DNA of 64,000 nucleotides from contig NC_086097.1 in NCBI RefSeq assembly GCF_963921235.1, positions 197,534,001 through 197,598,000 of the forward strand, given 5' to 3'. The notes beneath the pieces were generated by a model. It saw nothing but the letters and a program-made list of their open reading frames with translations, made no database searches and had not been told where the DNA came from. Below, piece after piece: positions 35,948-48,700 of this stretch; the first letter of the stretch is position 1, and each line of letters opens with the position of its first letter. The DNA is from Mobula hypostoma (lineage: Eukaryota). Position numbers and translations under genes: made by a program.

Positions 35948-38422
35948 GGGTCGGCACAATATTGTGGGCCGAAAGGCCTGTACTGTGCTGTACTATTCTA
36001 TATCCTATACTGAAGTATAGTTATATAGGATTGTTGTTCTGTAGAAGTATTGTACTGTTGAGTATTGTATTGTTAGTTGGTATGATACTAGTTTGTCGCA
36101 GTTGGAGCATGGTTCCAATAGAACATTGTTTCACTTAAGCATGACATTTTGATGCATACTCCAGATGGAGTTTGTACGAAAGAATGTCCATTCTTATTAT
36201 TTGGTAAATTTTTCCTGATGTATAACTTGCATCTGATCTGATCTCTAAAGCTTTATCTGGTCGTCAGTATGTTTCTTCAAAATCTGAATCAGAATCAGGT
36301 TTAATATCACTGGCATTCATCGTGAAATTTGTTTTTGTGGTAGCAGTAAAATGCAACTCATAATAAAAATTCAAAGATTCAAGATTGAAAGTGCATTTAT
36401 TATCAAAGAATGTATAGATTATATAACCTTGAGATATGTTTGCTTACAGCAGTCACTAAGCAAGGAACCTGAAAGAACCCAATTTAAAAAAAATACTACC
36501 AACCCCCAGCGTCTACAGAGAAATAGGAAAGAAAACACAAAACAAATCATACGAACAATAGAAGTGAGCAACAACAACAACATTCCAAACCAAACTGAAT
36601 CCTTAGATCCAAATCCTGGAGCAGCCTGCAATAGGCCCAAAGCCTTTCATTTAGTTTATCATACTTGTGGGGAAATCACTACAAAGTTTGCGGACATGAA
36701 GCACAGCAGCTGGGGGCAGCCTCACAGCCTTAGCGTAGTGAAGAGAGGAGATCCAGCCTATCTCAGCTGGCGTTTAAATCGTCCATTTGTAGATTTCACT
36801 GCCAGAGAAGCCATTCTCCACCTCTCCAAGTCATCTCGGTGCCCAGGGCAATCCACCCTTACCGACACCCTGACTTCCAGTCTATCTGGGCAGGCATTTA
36901 GATTGTCGAAACAATGTATTGTACCTCACTTTAGGACCTTGGCCTTACTGCGACAAATTACTTAGGACATGCTGCCCAGTGATTTGCTTCAGAAGCTAAA
37001 TTTCACTGCCGAAGTAGCTGTTCTTGACCGCATCAAATTGGGCACCTGAACTCCTTTGTCACATCTTCTCCAGCTTCTGTAAATCTGTGAATTACAGTAA
37101 ATATATATATTAAATAGTTCAATTAAGTAAGTAGTGCAAAAAAGTTGTGAGAAAATGTTTATGGGTTCAATGTCCATTCAAAAATCAGATGGTGGGGGGA
37201 AGAAGCTGTTCCTGAATTGTTGTGTGTGCTTTCAGGCTCCCGTACTTCCTACCTGATGGCAGCAATGATAAGAGAGCATGTCCTTTACAAAAAATGGCCT
37301 TTAATTCTGAAGAAAAGGTTTTAGACTTTGAATGTTTGACTGTATCACCAGTCACTACGGAGTTGTCTTTAAGGTGGATGTAATTGGTGCACGTGTTTTC
37401 TTTTTTTTTGGTGTGTGCCTGTGTGCGTATGAGTCTGTGTGTGTCCGTCTGTGTGTCCATGCATGTGTCCGTGATGATGTCTTTTTCATGGCTTTTACAA
37501 GGTGCTGAGCGAGAGAAAGACTGTGTGGCACGCCACTCCTCACACAGACATTTTCGCCTATTTTCCCTTTTATTTTACGAGGTGGAGTTGCGAACTCCAG
37601 GCCTTGAACTCCAGATATGCTGCTGATGGACTTGAACTTCAGACGAGCAAACCTGGGGAGTTATGGGCCCTTGTGCTTCCTTTCTGCGCTGACCTCTGAT
37701 CCTGGGCTCATTTGACCTGGGAGGTCTCACTGACCTAGTGGGTGGGGGGTGGTGGTGGATGAACCAGCCCTCGTCTTAACTGGTCTTTGTCCACGGTGCT
37801 TGTTGGCTTAACATATGTCCACAGATGTCCTTCATTGCACATCCATGTCACAAGGCCTTCAAGTGCAGACTGGAGGTGTAGACTCTGGCCTGACCTTTAA
37901 CTCCCCCACGTCCTTTTCCCTAAACTTAACCTGACCTTTCTGCTATGACTGCTTGAAAGATTTTTCATTTTGTTTATTATTTACATCTGTTTTTGAAAAT
38001 TATTTTATTGTGCTGTTAAATGTGTTAAATTCTGCTCCAACAGCACCCGGAAATGCCATCTTCTCTTGGATGTCTTTAACTCAACAGAGCACGAACTGGC
38101 CATTAGTGCAAAGAATAATGAGGATTTGATTTTACATGCTGGAGAGTGTCAAAGGTAGGTGACAAAGATTTAGTCTAGCTCATAGTGTAATAATTTAAAA
38201 TGTTCATTAGCCAAAAATGATTGGAAATAATTATTACCATTTTGGCTGTTTTGGAAAAAAAGTGTCATTTGTTGAAATTGTATTTGAAACATCATCGATT
38301 TTCAGAGATAATATTTAGGGTTTTGGATTGAATGCTCATGATATGCATCCGGATTATGATGAATCATTATAACAATAGTGCAAATAGAATAAATTGCTTT
38401 AAAAAGTTGTGACACTTTTGTT

Positions 38423-39129
38423 TGTTGTGATTTCGTAACATACCAGCAGCAAGAGATGACAAATTGAGTCAGGTTTTAATATTCAAACCACTATATTTAT
38501 TTACATTTACTCAAAAATATAGAAAATTAAATAAACTACTTTCTTAAACAGAAGTTAAGTGTTATGCGTCTTGCTCCCAGTCAAACTTAGAACCCGTTCT
38601 TAACAAATCTTATTCAAGCACAGTCTTAAAGTGGCAGTTCCGAGAGTACCAGTAAATCACGAAATAGGTGAGAGGAGAGACTTAAGGATTCACAGTGCAG
38701 TGATGAGGTGATCATGACGAATTCCAAAGATTCCATGACTAGCGAACAAAGAATCAGTTACCAAAGATCCCAGCTGAGGTATGCTGCTCGGAAGTCCACG
38801 AAGAGCGATTTCACAAAGTGACTGTCATGAAATCCACACCCATGGATCGTACAAAGGACAGACACGTCTCCACAATGCACAATGTGCCGCTGATTAACCC
38901 AATCCTTTAGGTATGGATAAGCGTTAGACTTTACCCTTTCAATTGTGTGCTGTTCCCGGATAGCTCGAAGTGCAGTCTTCACTCTCCCTCTCTTTCCTTC
39001 AACTCCTTCTTTTATACCATCGGCATCTGTCATAAGGTAATGCTCACAGAAACGAAACTGTGAACTCCCAGTAAAATGGAACTGGGGACACGTGACGCCC
39101 ACCGTAAACGAAACTGTGGACATGTAACA
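38423..39129 (-). repeat. 3' LTR
   Basis: It is a direct repeat of 47714-48396 with TG...CA termini. A minus-strand AATAAA lies at 38496-38501. Confidence 0.9.
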
Positions 39130-39138
39130 CCTTCCCCC
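39130..39138 (-). other. Polypurine tract
   Basis: On the minus strand, GGGGGAAGG directly abuts the TGTTACATG start of the 3' LTR. Confidence 0.8.
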
Positions 39139-39304
39139 AAGAAGAGAAAATTTTGATCTGCCAGAGCAAAATTTTAATGACCATCTACAATATGTGGAAC
39201 AATGCATATACGGTTATCATACAGCACACTACAAACTGGTACAACATATTGCAGGAGCATAATCAAATATTAAATTCCATTCCATTATTAAAATGACATT
39301 GTAA

Positions 39305-40460
39305 GTTTAACATCTGGAAAGACAATCGGCAATTACATTATTTTTGCCTTTAATGTGAGTTATCATGAGATCATACTCTTGCAAAATCAAACTCCAAACT
39401 TCTATTTTTGTTTTTCAACTTACTCAAGAACACCAATGGATTATGATCTGTATAAACCGCAAGTGGTTTCTGAGCTGTGCAAACATACACATCAAAATGC
39501 TGCAAAGCCAAAATAAGTGATAATAATTCCTCTTCTATGGTGGAATAATTTCTTTGATGCTCTTTGAATTTCTTTGCAAAGTAAGCCACAGGATGGTCAA
39601 CATCATCATAATCATCCCTTTGCAGCAACACTGCTCCTGCAGCTTCATCACTGGCATCCACAGCTATGGAGAATGGCTTGGCAAAATCAGGTGACCAGAC
39701 CACAGGCTGGTGATATAAGATAGCTTTCAATTTATCAAATGCCTCCTGACAAGGTTCTGTCCAAACAAACTTTTCACCCTTCTTCAGGAGGTTAGTCAAT
39801 GGGAGAACAATATCAGCAAAGTTCTTAGAGAACTTGTGATAATATCCGGCCATTCCCAGAAATCTTCTAAGAGCCCTTTTCCCGGTTGGAATGGGAACCT
39901 CCGAAATTGTCTGAACAGAAGCCAACCTGCCTTGACCTACAACATAACCAAGACAGGTCACAGTGGCATGTCCAAATTCTCTCTTAGCTAGGTTAATTGT
40001 AAGGTTGGCTTTTAAGAGCCTTTCAAACAGCTTTTCCACTGTAGAGATATGGGCTTCCCAGATGTCATTCCCCGTGACTAAATCATCAATATAGGCATCT
40101 GTGTGTTCTAACTCTTGAATTAATCATTCTCTGGAATGTTCCCAGAATATTTTTCATTCCAAATGGCAGAACATTGTACTCATACGACCCAGAAGGCGTA
40201 ACAAAGGCAGAAATTTCTCTACCTCTATACGTTAATGGAACACACCAATATTCTTTTAACAGATCAATCTTTGTAAGAAACTTAGCTTTTCCAACCTTAT
40301 CCACACAATCATCCACTCTAGGGACTGGATAAGCATTGGTTTTTGTTACAAATTCACCTTTTGGTAATCAGTGCAGAATCTGATACTGCCATCTAGTTTA
40401 GGTACCATGATACAAGGTGAACTCCAATCCGAAGCAGAAGGTCTAATAATACCATTTTCT
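39305..40460 (-). pseudogene. Gypsy RT and RNase H (frameshifted)
   Basis: RT motifs are WSSPCIMVPK, KIDLLKEYW, PFGMKN, AYIDD and RRFLGMAGYY. RNase H motifs are AVDASDEAAGAVL, NYSTIEEE and YTDHNPL. Confidence 0.9.
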
Positions 40461-41990
40461 ATATAACCATATGACAATTACAGCATGGAAACAGGCCATC
40501 TCGGCCCTTCTAGTCCATGCCAAACCCTTACTCTCACCCAGCCCCACTGACCTGCAGTCAGCCCATAACCCTCCTTTCCTTTCCTGTCCATATAGCTATC
40601 CAATTTAACTTTAAGTGACAACATCGAACCTGCCTCAACCACTTCTGCTGTAAGCTCGTTCCACACTGCTACCACTCTCTGAGTAAAGAAGTTCCCCCTC
40701 ATGTTACCCCTAAACTTTTGCCCTTTACGTCTCAACCCATGTCTTCTTGTTTGAATCTCCCCCACTCTCAATGGAAAAAACCTATCCACGTCAGCTCTAT
40801 CTATCCCCCTCATAATTGTAAATACCTCTATCAAGTCCCCCCTCAACCTTCTATGTTCCAAAGAATAAAGTCCCAACTTGTTCAACCTTTCTCTGTAACT
40901 TAGGAGATGAAACCCAGGTAGCATTCTGGTAAATCTTCTCTGTACTCTCTCTATTTTGTTGATATCTTTCCTATAATTTGTTGACCAGAACTGTACACAA
41001 TACAACAAATTTAGCCTCACCAATGTCTTGTACAATTTCAACATTACATCCCAACTCCTATACTCAATGCTCTGATTTATAAAGGCCAGCATACCAAAGC
41101 TTTCTTCACCACCCTATCCACATTAGATTCTACCTTCAGGGAACTATGCACCATTATTCCTGGATCCCTCTGTTCTACTGCATTCTTTAATGCCCTACCA
41201 TTTACCATGTATGTCCTATTTTGATTAGTCCTACCAAAATGTAGCACCTCGCATTTATCATCATTAAACTCCATCTGCCATCTTTCAGCCCACTCTTCTA
41301 ACTGGTCTAAATCTCTCTGCAAGCTTTGAATACCTACTTCATTATCCACAACTCCACCTATCTTAGTATCCTCTGCACACTTACTAATCCAATCCCCATT
41401 TCTAATGACATTTGAAATATTTCTGTCAGAGTCCGTGCTATTTCCACACTAACTTCCCTCTAGGTCCTAGGGAATATCCTGTTGACCCGGAGTCTTATCC
41501 ACTATTATATTCCTTAAAAGCACCAGTACTTCCTCTTCTTTAATCATCATAGTTTCCATAACTACCCTACTTGTTTCCCTTACCATACACAATTCAATAT
41601 CCTTCTCCTTAGTGAATACCGAAGAAAAGAAATGGTTCAAAATCTCCCCCATCTCTTTTTCGCACCGCACATAGCCATCCACCCTGATTCTCTAAGGGAC
41701 CAATTTTATCCCTCACTATCCTTTTGCTATTAATATAACTGTAGAAACCCTTTGGAGTTGTTTTCACCTTACTTGCCAAAGCAACTTCATATCTTTTTTT
41801 TGCTTTTCTAATTTCTTTCTTAAGATTCTTTTTACATTCTTTATATTCCTCTAGCACCTCATTTACTCGAAGCTGCCTATATTTATTGTAGCGCTCTTTT
41901 TTTTTCGGAACCAAGTTTCCAATATCCCTTGAAAACCATGGCTCTCTCAAACTTTTAACCTTTCCTTTCAACCTAACAGGAACATAAAGA
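40461..41990 (-). mobile_element. CR1 family D copy, internally deleted near 41393, inserted in Gypsy pol
   Basis: Minus ORFs are 40478-41092, 41077-41349 and 41609-41995. It has the same tail as the 24013 copy. Confidence 0.88.
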
Positions 41991-42470
41991 TTCAAGATTC
42001 AAGATTCAAAAAACCTTATTGTCATTCTAACCGTACATCAGCTCTGCAGGGAAGAATGAGACAGCGTTTCTCAGGAGCAGTGTAATCATAACAAACACAA
42101 CACTAAATATTAAACTTAACAATAAATAGTAAAACACAACAGCCACATGTCAGTTAAAATCAAGTTAAAAGTGCCCAGTGCAAGTTAAAAATGTCCAAAG
42201 CAGAGTCAGGTAGAGCAGCTATTTAGCAGTCTGACCACCTGTGGGAGGAAGCTGTTTAGTAGCCTTGTGGTTTTAGTTTTGATGCTCCTGTAGCATTTGC
42301 CTGATGGCAGAAGAACAAACAGTACATGGAGAGGGTGTGAGGGGTCTTTGATGATGTACCGTGTCTTCTGGAGGCATCGACTCTGAAAGAGGTCTTGGAC
42401 AGAAGGTAGGGAGACCCCAATAACCTTCTCTGCTCCCCTAACCACCCTCTGCAAGGCTTTTTTGTCGAAT
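41987..42470 (-). mobile_element. Rex1/Babar-type 3' end with (TTGAATC)n tail, inserted after the Gypsy integrase
   Basis: KKALQRVVRGAEKVIG...DPSHPLH...LLPSGKCYRS...SFLPQVVRLLN is fused in frame to the integrase C-terminus. Confidence 0.85.
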
Positions 42471-44489
42471 TTTTGTTTTTCATGATACAGCTTAAGCATA
42501 TTTATGTGACAAAGCTGCATTGACCTTCGTCTATCTGGTGTTTTGACTACATAGTCCACATCATTAACTATAGCCACAATTTCATAGGGACCATGAAACT
42601 TAGCTTGTAGAGGGTTTGTTTGTACAGGAAACAAAACAAGCACTTTATCTCCCGGCCAGAATGATCTCATTCTGGTTTGTTTATCATACCAGGTTTTCAT
42701 TCTTTCCTGAGCTGATTTTAAATTTTCTTTTGCTAGGTTGCAAGCCATTTGCAATTTGTCCTTGAACTTCAAAACATAATCTAGCAAATTAACGTGCAGG
42801 TCATTGTTAACCCACTGTTCCTTTAACAATGCCAGAGGTCCTCGGACCTGATGACCAAACACAAGTTCAAAGGGACCAAAGCCCAGGGACTCTTGTACTG
42901 ACTTCCTTACTGCAAATAAAAGCAAATGAACTCCCTCATCCCAATCCTTCTCATTTTCAGTACAGAATGTCTTAATCAAAGTTTTGAGGGTAGAATGGAC
43001 TCTCTCTAAGGCCCCCTGGGATTCTTGATAATATGCCGACGACATAATCTGTTTGGCTCCCAGTTTATAAACTACCTACTGACATAAAATTACTCCCTTG
43101 ATCAGACTGAATTTCTTTAGGCAAACCAAAGAAAGTAAAAAACTTTACGAGAGCCTTTGACACAGTTTTGGCTTTTATATTTCTGAGAGGTATTGCCTCT
43201 GGAAATCTAGATGCTGTACACATGATAGTTAGCAAATACTGATGACCCGCTTTAGTCTTTGGGAATGGGCCAACACAATCCACAATAATTTTAGAAAAGG
43301 GAATTGCAGGAATAGGCTGCAGTGGGGCCACTGGGGTGACCTGATTAGGTTTACCCACAACCTGACAAGTATGACAAGTCCTGTAAAATGCTGCAATATC
43401 TTTCCTCAAGCTAGGCCAGAAGAATTGTTTTAAGACTTTGTTCACAGTTTTCTTCACACCTAGATGTCCACCCAAGGGTTTACTATGGGCCAAAGTTAAA
43501 ATCTCATTCCTATAGGCTTTAGGAACTACAAATGTTTGTACAACCTGGTGTACAATTGCCCATTCCTCACATGCAGGAACATCAGGTGGTCTCCACTTGC
43601 TCATTAACACTCCACCTTTGAAATAATACCCTACTGGCACTTTATCAATCTCCTCACCTGAGAGAGCTTTTTCTCTTAAAGCTTGAATCTCAGGGTCTCT
43701 GCTCTGTTCTGCTACAAACTCCTTCCTAGACAGAAATAAATCTTTATTATCAGATTTAATGCCTGGATCCTGGTGAAGCAATGAAGGCAGAAAAGTCCCT
43801 TGCGTGTCATCAAAATCTGACTCCCTATTTGGGCTATCATGAGTAGCCGAATCAAGCTGCACAGGACCATCTGCTTTAGCAAGTTTCTTGGCCCTAGCAC
43901 ATGAGGGATAAATGTTAGGGTCTATCTTTGAATCATCATTGATTGGCTTAGTTGTCAACTGCACTGCAGGAACAACTTTACCACCTGCTAGGTCATTCCC
44001 TAACAACAAAGTCATAGCTTCCACTGGTAAATTGGGTCGTAGTCCTATTTTAACAAGTCCTGAAACTAACTCTGACTTCAAAATTACCTTGTGCAGAGGT
44101 ACAGAAACAATGTCGCACCCAATACCTCGAATAAGATTTACCTCACCAGTGGCTGTCTCATCATCAAACTTTTGAACACTGTCTAACATAAGTGACTGAG
44201 AAGCCACAGTATCTCGAAGAATTTTCACCGGTACCAGGGTTGACCCTTCCTTTACTGAAACAAACCCATCTGACATAAAATGAAGGAATTCTTTCCTAAC
44301 CTGAACAGATGTTTTAGCCTTTGACAGAGCTTCATCAGAATGTGCAAAACCCCGTGGGTTCACAGGTGTTTCAACCTTTTGAACACAGGCATCTGGAACT
44401 GCCTCCTTTTCCTCCTTTTTCAGAAGGAAAAAGTTAGCCATAACATGACCAGGTTTCCTACAATAGTGACAAGTAGGACCAGAGGGTTA
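42471..44489 (-). pseudogene. Gypsy zinc knuckle, protease and integrase (frameshifted)
   Basis: The knuckle is CHYCRKPGH and the protease motif is LRDTVAS. The integrase has an HHCC (AH...GHLG...CHTC), DDE core motifs VDCVGP, SDQGSNF and SQGALER, and GPY. Confidence 0.92.
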
Positions 44490-46523
44490 CCATAGAAACC
44501 ATAGAAACTACAGCGCAGAAACAAGCCTTTTGGCCCTTCTTGGCTGTGCCTTACCATTTTCTGCCTAGTCCCACTGACCTGCACATGGACCATATCCCCC
44601 CATACACCTCTCATCCATGTATCTGTCCAATTTATTCTTAAATGTTAAAAAGAACCTGCATTTACCACCTCGTCTGGCAGCTCATTCCATACTCCCACCA
44701 CTCTCTGTGTGAAGAAGCCCCCCCTAATGTTCCCTTTAAACTTTTCCCCCCTCACCCTTAAATCATGTCCTCTGATTTTTTTTCTCCCCTTGCCTCAGTG
44801 GAAAAAGCCTGCTTGCATTCACTCTATCTATACCATCATAATTTTATATACCTCTATCAAATCTCCCCTCATTCTTCTACGCTCCAGGGAATAAAGTCCT
44901 AACCTATTCAACCTTTCTCTGTAACTGAGTTTCTCAAGTCCTGGCAACATCCTTGTAAATCTTCTCTGCACTCTTTCAACCTTATTTATATCCTTCCTGT
45001 AATTTGGTGACCAAAACTGAACACAATACTCCAGATTCGGCCTCACCAATGCCTTATACAACCTCATCATAACATTCCAGCTCTTATACTCAATACTTAG
45101 ATTAATAAAGGCCAATGTACCAAAAGCTCTCTTTACGACCCTATCCACCTGTGACGCCACTTTTAGGGAATTTTGTATCTGTATTCCCAGATCCCTCTGT
45201 TCCACTGCACTTCTCAGTGCCTGAGCATTAACCCTGTATGTTCTACCTTGGTTTGTCCTTCCAACGTGCAATACCTCACACTTGTCTGTATTAAACTCCA
45301 TCTGCCATTTTTCAGCCCATTTTTCCAGCTGGTCCAAGTCCCTCTGCAGGCTCTGAAAACCTTCCTCACTGTCTACTACACCTCCAATCTTTGTATCATC
45401 AGCAAATTTGCTGATCCAATTTACCACATCATCCAGATCATTGATATAGATGACAAATATCAATGGACCCAGCACTGATCACTGTGGCACACCACTAGTC
45501 ACAGGCCTCCAGTCTGAGAAGCAATTCTCTACTACCACTCTTTGGCTTCTTCCATTGAGCCAATGTCTAATCCAATTTACCACCTCTCCATGTATACCTA
45601 GCGTCTGAATTTTCCTAACTAACCTCCCATGTGGGACCTTGCCAAGGGCCTTACTGAAGTCCATGTAGACAATATCCACTGCCTTCCCTTCATCCACTTT
45701 CCTGGTAACCTCCTTGAAAAACTCCAGTGGGTTGGTCAAACATGACCTACCACGTACAAAGCCATGTTGACTCTCCCTAATAAGTCCCTGTCTATCCAAA
45801 TGCTTGTAGATTCTGTCTCTTAGTATGCCCTCCAATAACTTACCTACTATCGACGTTAATCTTACTGGCCTATAATTTCCTGGATTACTTTTCGATCCTT
45901 TTTTAAACAATGGAACAACATGAGCCACTCTCCAATCCTCCGGCACCTCACCTGTAGACAGCGACATTTTAAATATTTCTGCCAGGGCCCCTGCAATTTC
46001 AGCACTAGTCTCCTTCAAGGTCCGAGGGAACACCCTGTCAGGTCCCGGGGATTTATCCACTTTAATTTTCCTCAAGACGGCAAGGACCTCCTCCTTTTTG
46101 ATCTGTACGGTTTCCATGATCTCACTACTTGTTTCCCTTAGTTCCATAGACTTCATGCCAGTTTCCTTAGTAAATACAGACGCAAAAAACCTACTTAAGA
46201 TCTCCCCCATTTCCTTTGGTTCCGCACATAGCCGACCACTCTGATCTTCAAGGGGACCAATTTTATCCCTTACAATCCTTTTGCTCTTAATATACCTGTA
46301 AAAGCTCTTTGGATTATCCTTCACTTTGACTGCCAAGGCAACCTCATGTCTTCTTTTAGCCCTCCTGATTTCTTTCTTAAGTATTTTCTTGCACTTCTTA
46401 TACTCCTCAAGCACCTTATTTACTCCCTGCTTCTTATACATGTCATACAACTCCCTCTTCTTCTTTATCAGAGTTGCAATATCCTTTGAGAACCAAGGTT
46501 CCTTATTCCTATTCACTTTGCCT
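44490..46523 (-). mobile_element. CR1 family A copy inserted in Gypsy gag
   Basis: ORFs 45479-46540 and 44828-45475 are nearly identical in protein to 1138-3595. The plus-strand tail is CCATAGAAACCATAGAAAC. Confidence 0.92.
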
Positions 46524-47656
46524 CTTTTGTTTCCCTTCATCTAGGCCCAGATTTGATTTCTGGTTTACCCTGACTATGCATGCTGCTCTTTTGGAAGATC
46601 TTACTCGGGGTAAACTTAAACTTGTGGGTTAAGGCAAGCTCATCTGCTAATTTAGCAGATTCTTGTAAAGTGGCAGCATCCTTTTCATCTAAATATGCCT
46701 TTATATCATTATGGACGCACCTTTTAAATACATCAATTAAAATTAACTATTTCGGTTTCTCAAAATTATCATCCACATTTTTAGATGTGCACCATCTTTC
46801 AAAACACACAGATTTCTCATAAGCATATTCCACATAAGTCTGGTTCACGGATTTCTTCAAATTCCTAAACCTTTGCCTATAGGCTTCTGGAACCAGTTCA
46901 CATTCTTTAAGCACAGCCTGTTTCACAATCTCATACTTCGCTGCATCTTCAATTGATAGGGCAGAATAAGCCTGTTGAGCCTTACCCTTAAATACACTCT
47001 GCAACAACAGAGGCCAGCTTCCTTCCGGCCAATTTAGGCTCTGAGCCACTTTCTCAAAATGCTGCAAGTATCTATCAACCTCAGTTTCATCAAATGGAAG
47101 GACCAATTTAACTTCCCGACTGGCAACAAACATCACCAGAGTCAAACGCTAGACTCCTTTGCTGCAACTTCTCTATCTTCTCAAACTCAAACCTCCTTTG
47201 TCTTTCTGCTTCCTCCCTCTGTTTTTCTGCTTCTTCAGCTGTAAACTGCCTCTGATTTTCTGCTTCTTCAGCTGCAAACTGCCTCTGTGTTTCTATTTCC
47301 TCAGCCTCAAGCTGCTTTTGTCTTAACTCAAACTCGAGCTTTTGCAGTCTTCGCCTATCCTCAGCCTCCATTTTTAATTTTTCTAACTTATACTCGAGCT
47401 CAAGATCACTGGGTTTACTTTCGGGAAACCTTTCTAACACTCCCTCTTCAAACTTCCTCAAAGAAATATAGTGCTCGGCTATTATCCTCTGAATCTGTAC
47501 CTTTTTCATATCCCGTTTTACCGCGGTAAGTCCCAGCTCCTTGGCAACGGCCAACAAGCTGTCCTTTCTAGTATCCCCTAATGCCTTAGGGTCTGGCGAT
47601 GCCAGAAATACCCCAATATCCATTGTTGTTGGTTTCCCCACACAAGTAGTAGCCAA
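46524..47656 (-). pseudogene. Gypsy gag with coiled coil and SCAN-like capsid C-terminal domain
   Basis: An E/Q/R-rich coiled coil is followed by YLQHFEKVA...WP...GKAQQAYSAL...YEIVKQAVL...PEAYRQRFR. Confidence 0.85.
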
Positions 47657-47691
47657 TGAGATCGATAATCAATAAGTTCCAATTTTTACAT

Positions 47692-47709
47692 TTCGCGGAC
47701 GATCCCCCA
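47692..47709 (-). promoter_or_regulatory. Primer binding site, tRNA-Pro type
   Basis: The minus strand reads TGGGGGATCGTCCGCGAA, a 15/18 match to the canonical Pro PBS TGGGGGCTCGTCCGGGAT. It starts 4 nt downstream of the 5' LTR. Confidence 0.85.
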
Positions 47710-47713
47710 GTTT

Positions 47714-48396
47714 TGTTACGATTGACAAATTGAGTCAGGTTTTAATATTCAAACCACTATATTTATTTACATTTACTCAAAAATATAGAAAACTAAATAA
47801 ACTACTTTCTTAAACAGAAGTTAAGTGTTATGCGTCTTGCTCCCAGTCAAACTTAGAACCCATTCTTAACAAATCTTACTCAAGCACAGTCTTAAAGTGG
47901 CAGTTCCGAGAGTCCCAGTAAATCACGAAATAGGTGAGAGGAGAGACTTAAGGATTCACGGTGCAGTGATGAGGTGATCATGACGAATTCCAAAGATTCC
48001 ACGACTAGCGAACGAAGAATCAGTTACAAAAGATCCCAGCTGAGGTATGCTGCTCGGAAGTCCACGAAGAGCGATTTCACAAAGTGACTGTCATGAAATC
48101 CACACCCATGGATCATAGGAAGGACAGACACGTCTCCACAATGCACAGTGTGCCACTGATTTACCCAATCCTTTGGGTATGGGTAATTTTTACGCTTTAC
48201 CCTTCTCGATCGCGAGTTGTTCCTTGATAGCTCGAGGTGCAGTCTTCACTCTCCCACTCTTTCCTTCGACTCCTTCTTTTATACAATCAGCATACGTCAT
48301 AAGGTAATACCCACAGAAACGAAACTGGGGACAAGTGATGCCCACAGTAAACGAATCTATGGACTCCCAGGTAAACGAAACTGTGGACATGTAAAA
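47714..48396 (-). repeat. 5' LTR with TATA box
   Basis: It is a repeat of 38423-39129. A minus-strand TATAAAA lies at 48277-48283. Confidence 0.9.
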
Positions 48397-48437
48397 AGTT
48401 AAAATATAATAATGCATTAAAGTAAACAAAAAAAACC

Positions 48438-48700
48438 AACGCAGTGGAGCAGCTAATAGAGCTCCTGTCTTATGGCTCCACTGACCCAGATGCAAACTTG
48501 TCCGTAAACTCTACATATGAGCAGTCAGTATGCTCTCCTGTGATGATGATTTGTTTTTGGTGTACCCGTTTCCTCTGATATTCCAAAGGTGTGTGGGTTG
48601 GTAGGTTAATCAACCACTGTAAATTGCTTCTGGTATTAAGGAATTAATGGGAGGAAAAAAATGGGATTAATGTAAATAGTGGTAGATAATCAACTCCGTG
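48438..48700 (+). mobile_element. Degenerate HE1/V-SINE-like element
   Basis: CCGTTTCCTC...CCAAAGGTGTGTGGGTTGGTAGGTTAAT...CACTGTAAATTGC matches the recalled elasmobranch HE1 SINE body. Confidence 0.65.

Larger units (their letters stand above)
31745..36010 (+). mobile_element. Near full-length CR1 LINE, family C
   Basis: It has a 5' UTR with a duplicated ~65-bp block, ORF1, ORF2, a 3' hairpin and a TATTCTAT tail. Confidence 0.92.
38423..48396 (-). mobile_element. Gmr1-like Ty3/Gypsy LTR retrotransposon (gag-PR-INT-RT-RH), decayed, with nested LINEs
   Basis: It has two ~0.7-kb LTRs, a PBS, a PPT and all pol domains. The candidate 4-bp TSD is TGTT/AGTT. Confidence 0.93.

Noticed and set aside
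36351..36965. 204-aa ORF
   Set aside because: It has no recognisable motif and starts in a LINE-type tail (TTCAAAGATTCAAG, TTTATT). It is probably the antisense of a repeat.
39045..39129. CRISPR-like repeat-spacer pattern (also 22270-22400)
   Set aside because: The units are few, irregular and degenerate, lie inside an LTR or transposon end, and there are no cas genes in this eukaryotic context.
42206..43045. Integrase with a novel C-terminal domain
   Set aside because: The extension is an in-frame Rex LINE 3' insertion. Likewise ORF 45479-46540 is a chance gag-CR1 fusion.
46747..47145. Host SCAN zinc-finger gene
   Set aside because: It lies between a PBS and pol inside paired LTRs, is frameshifted, and has no C2H2 array.
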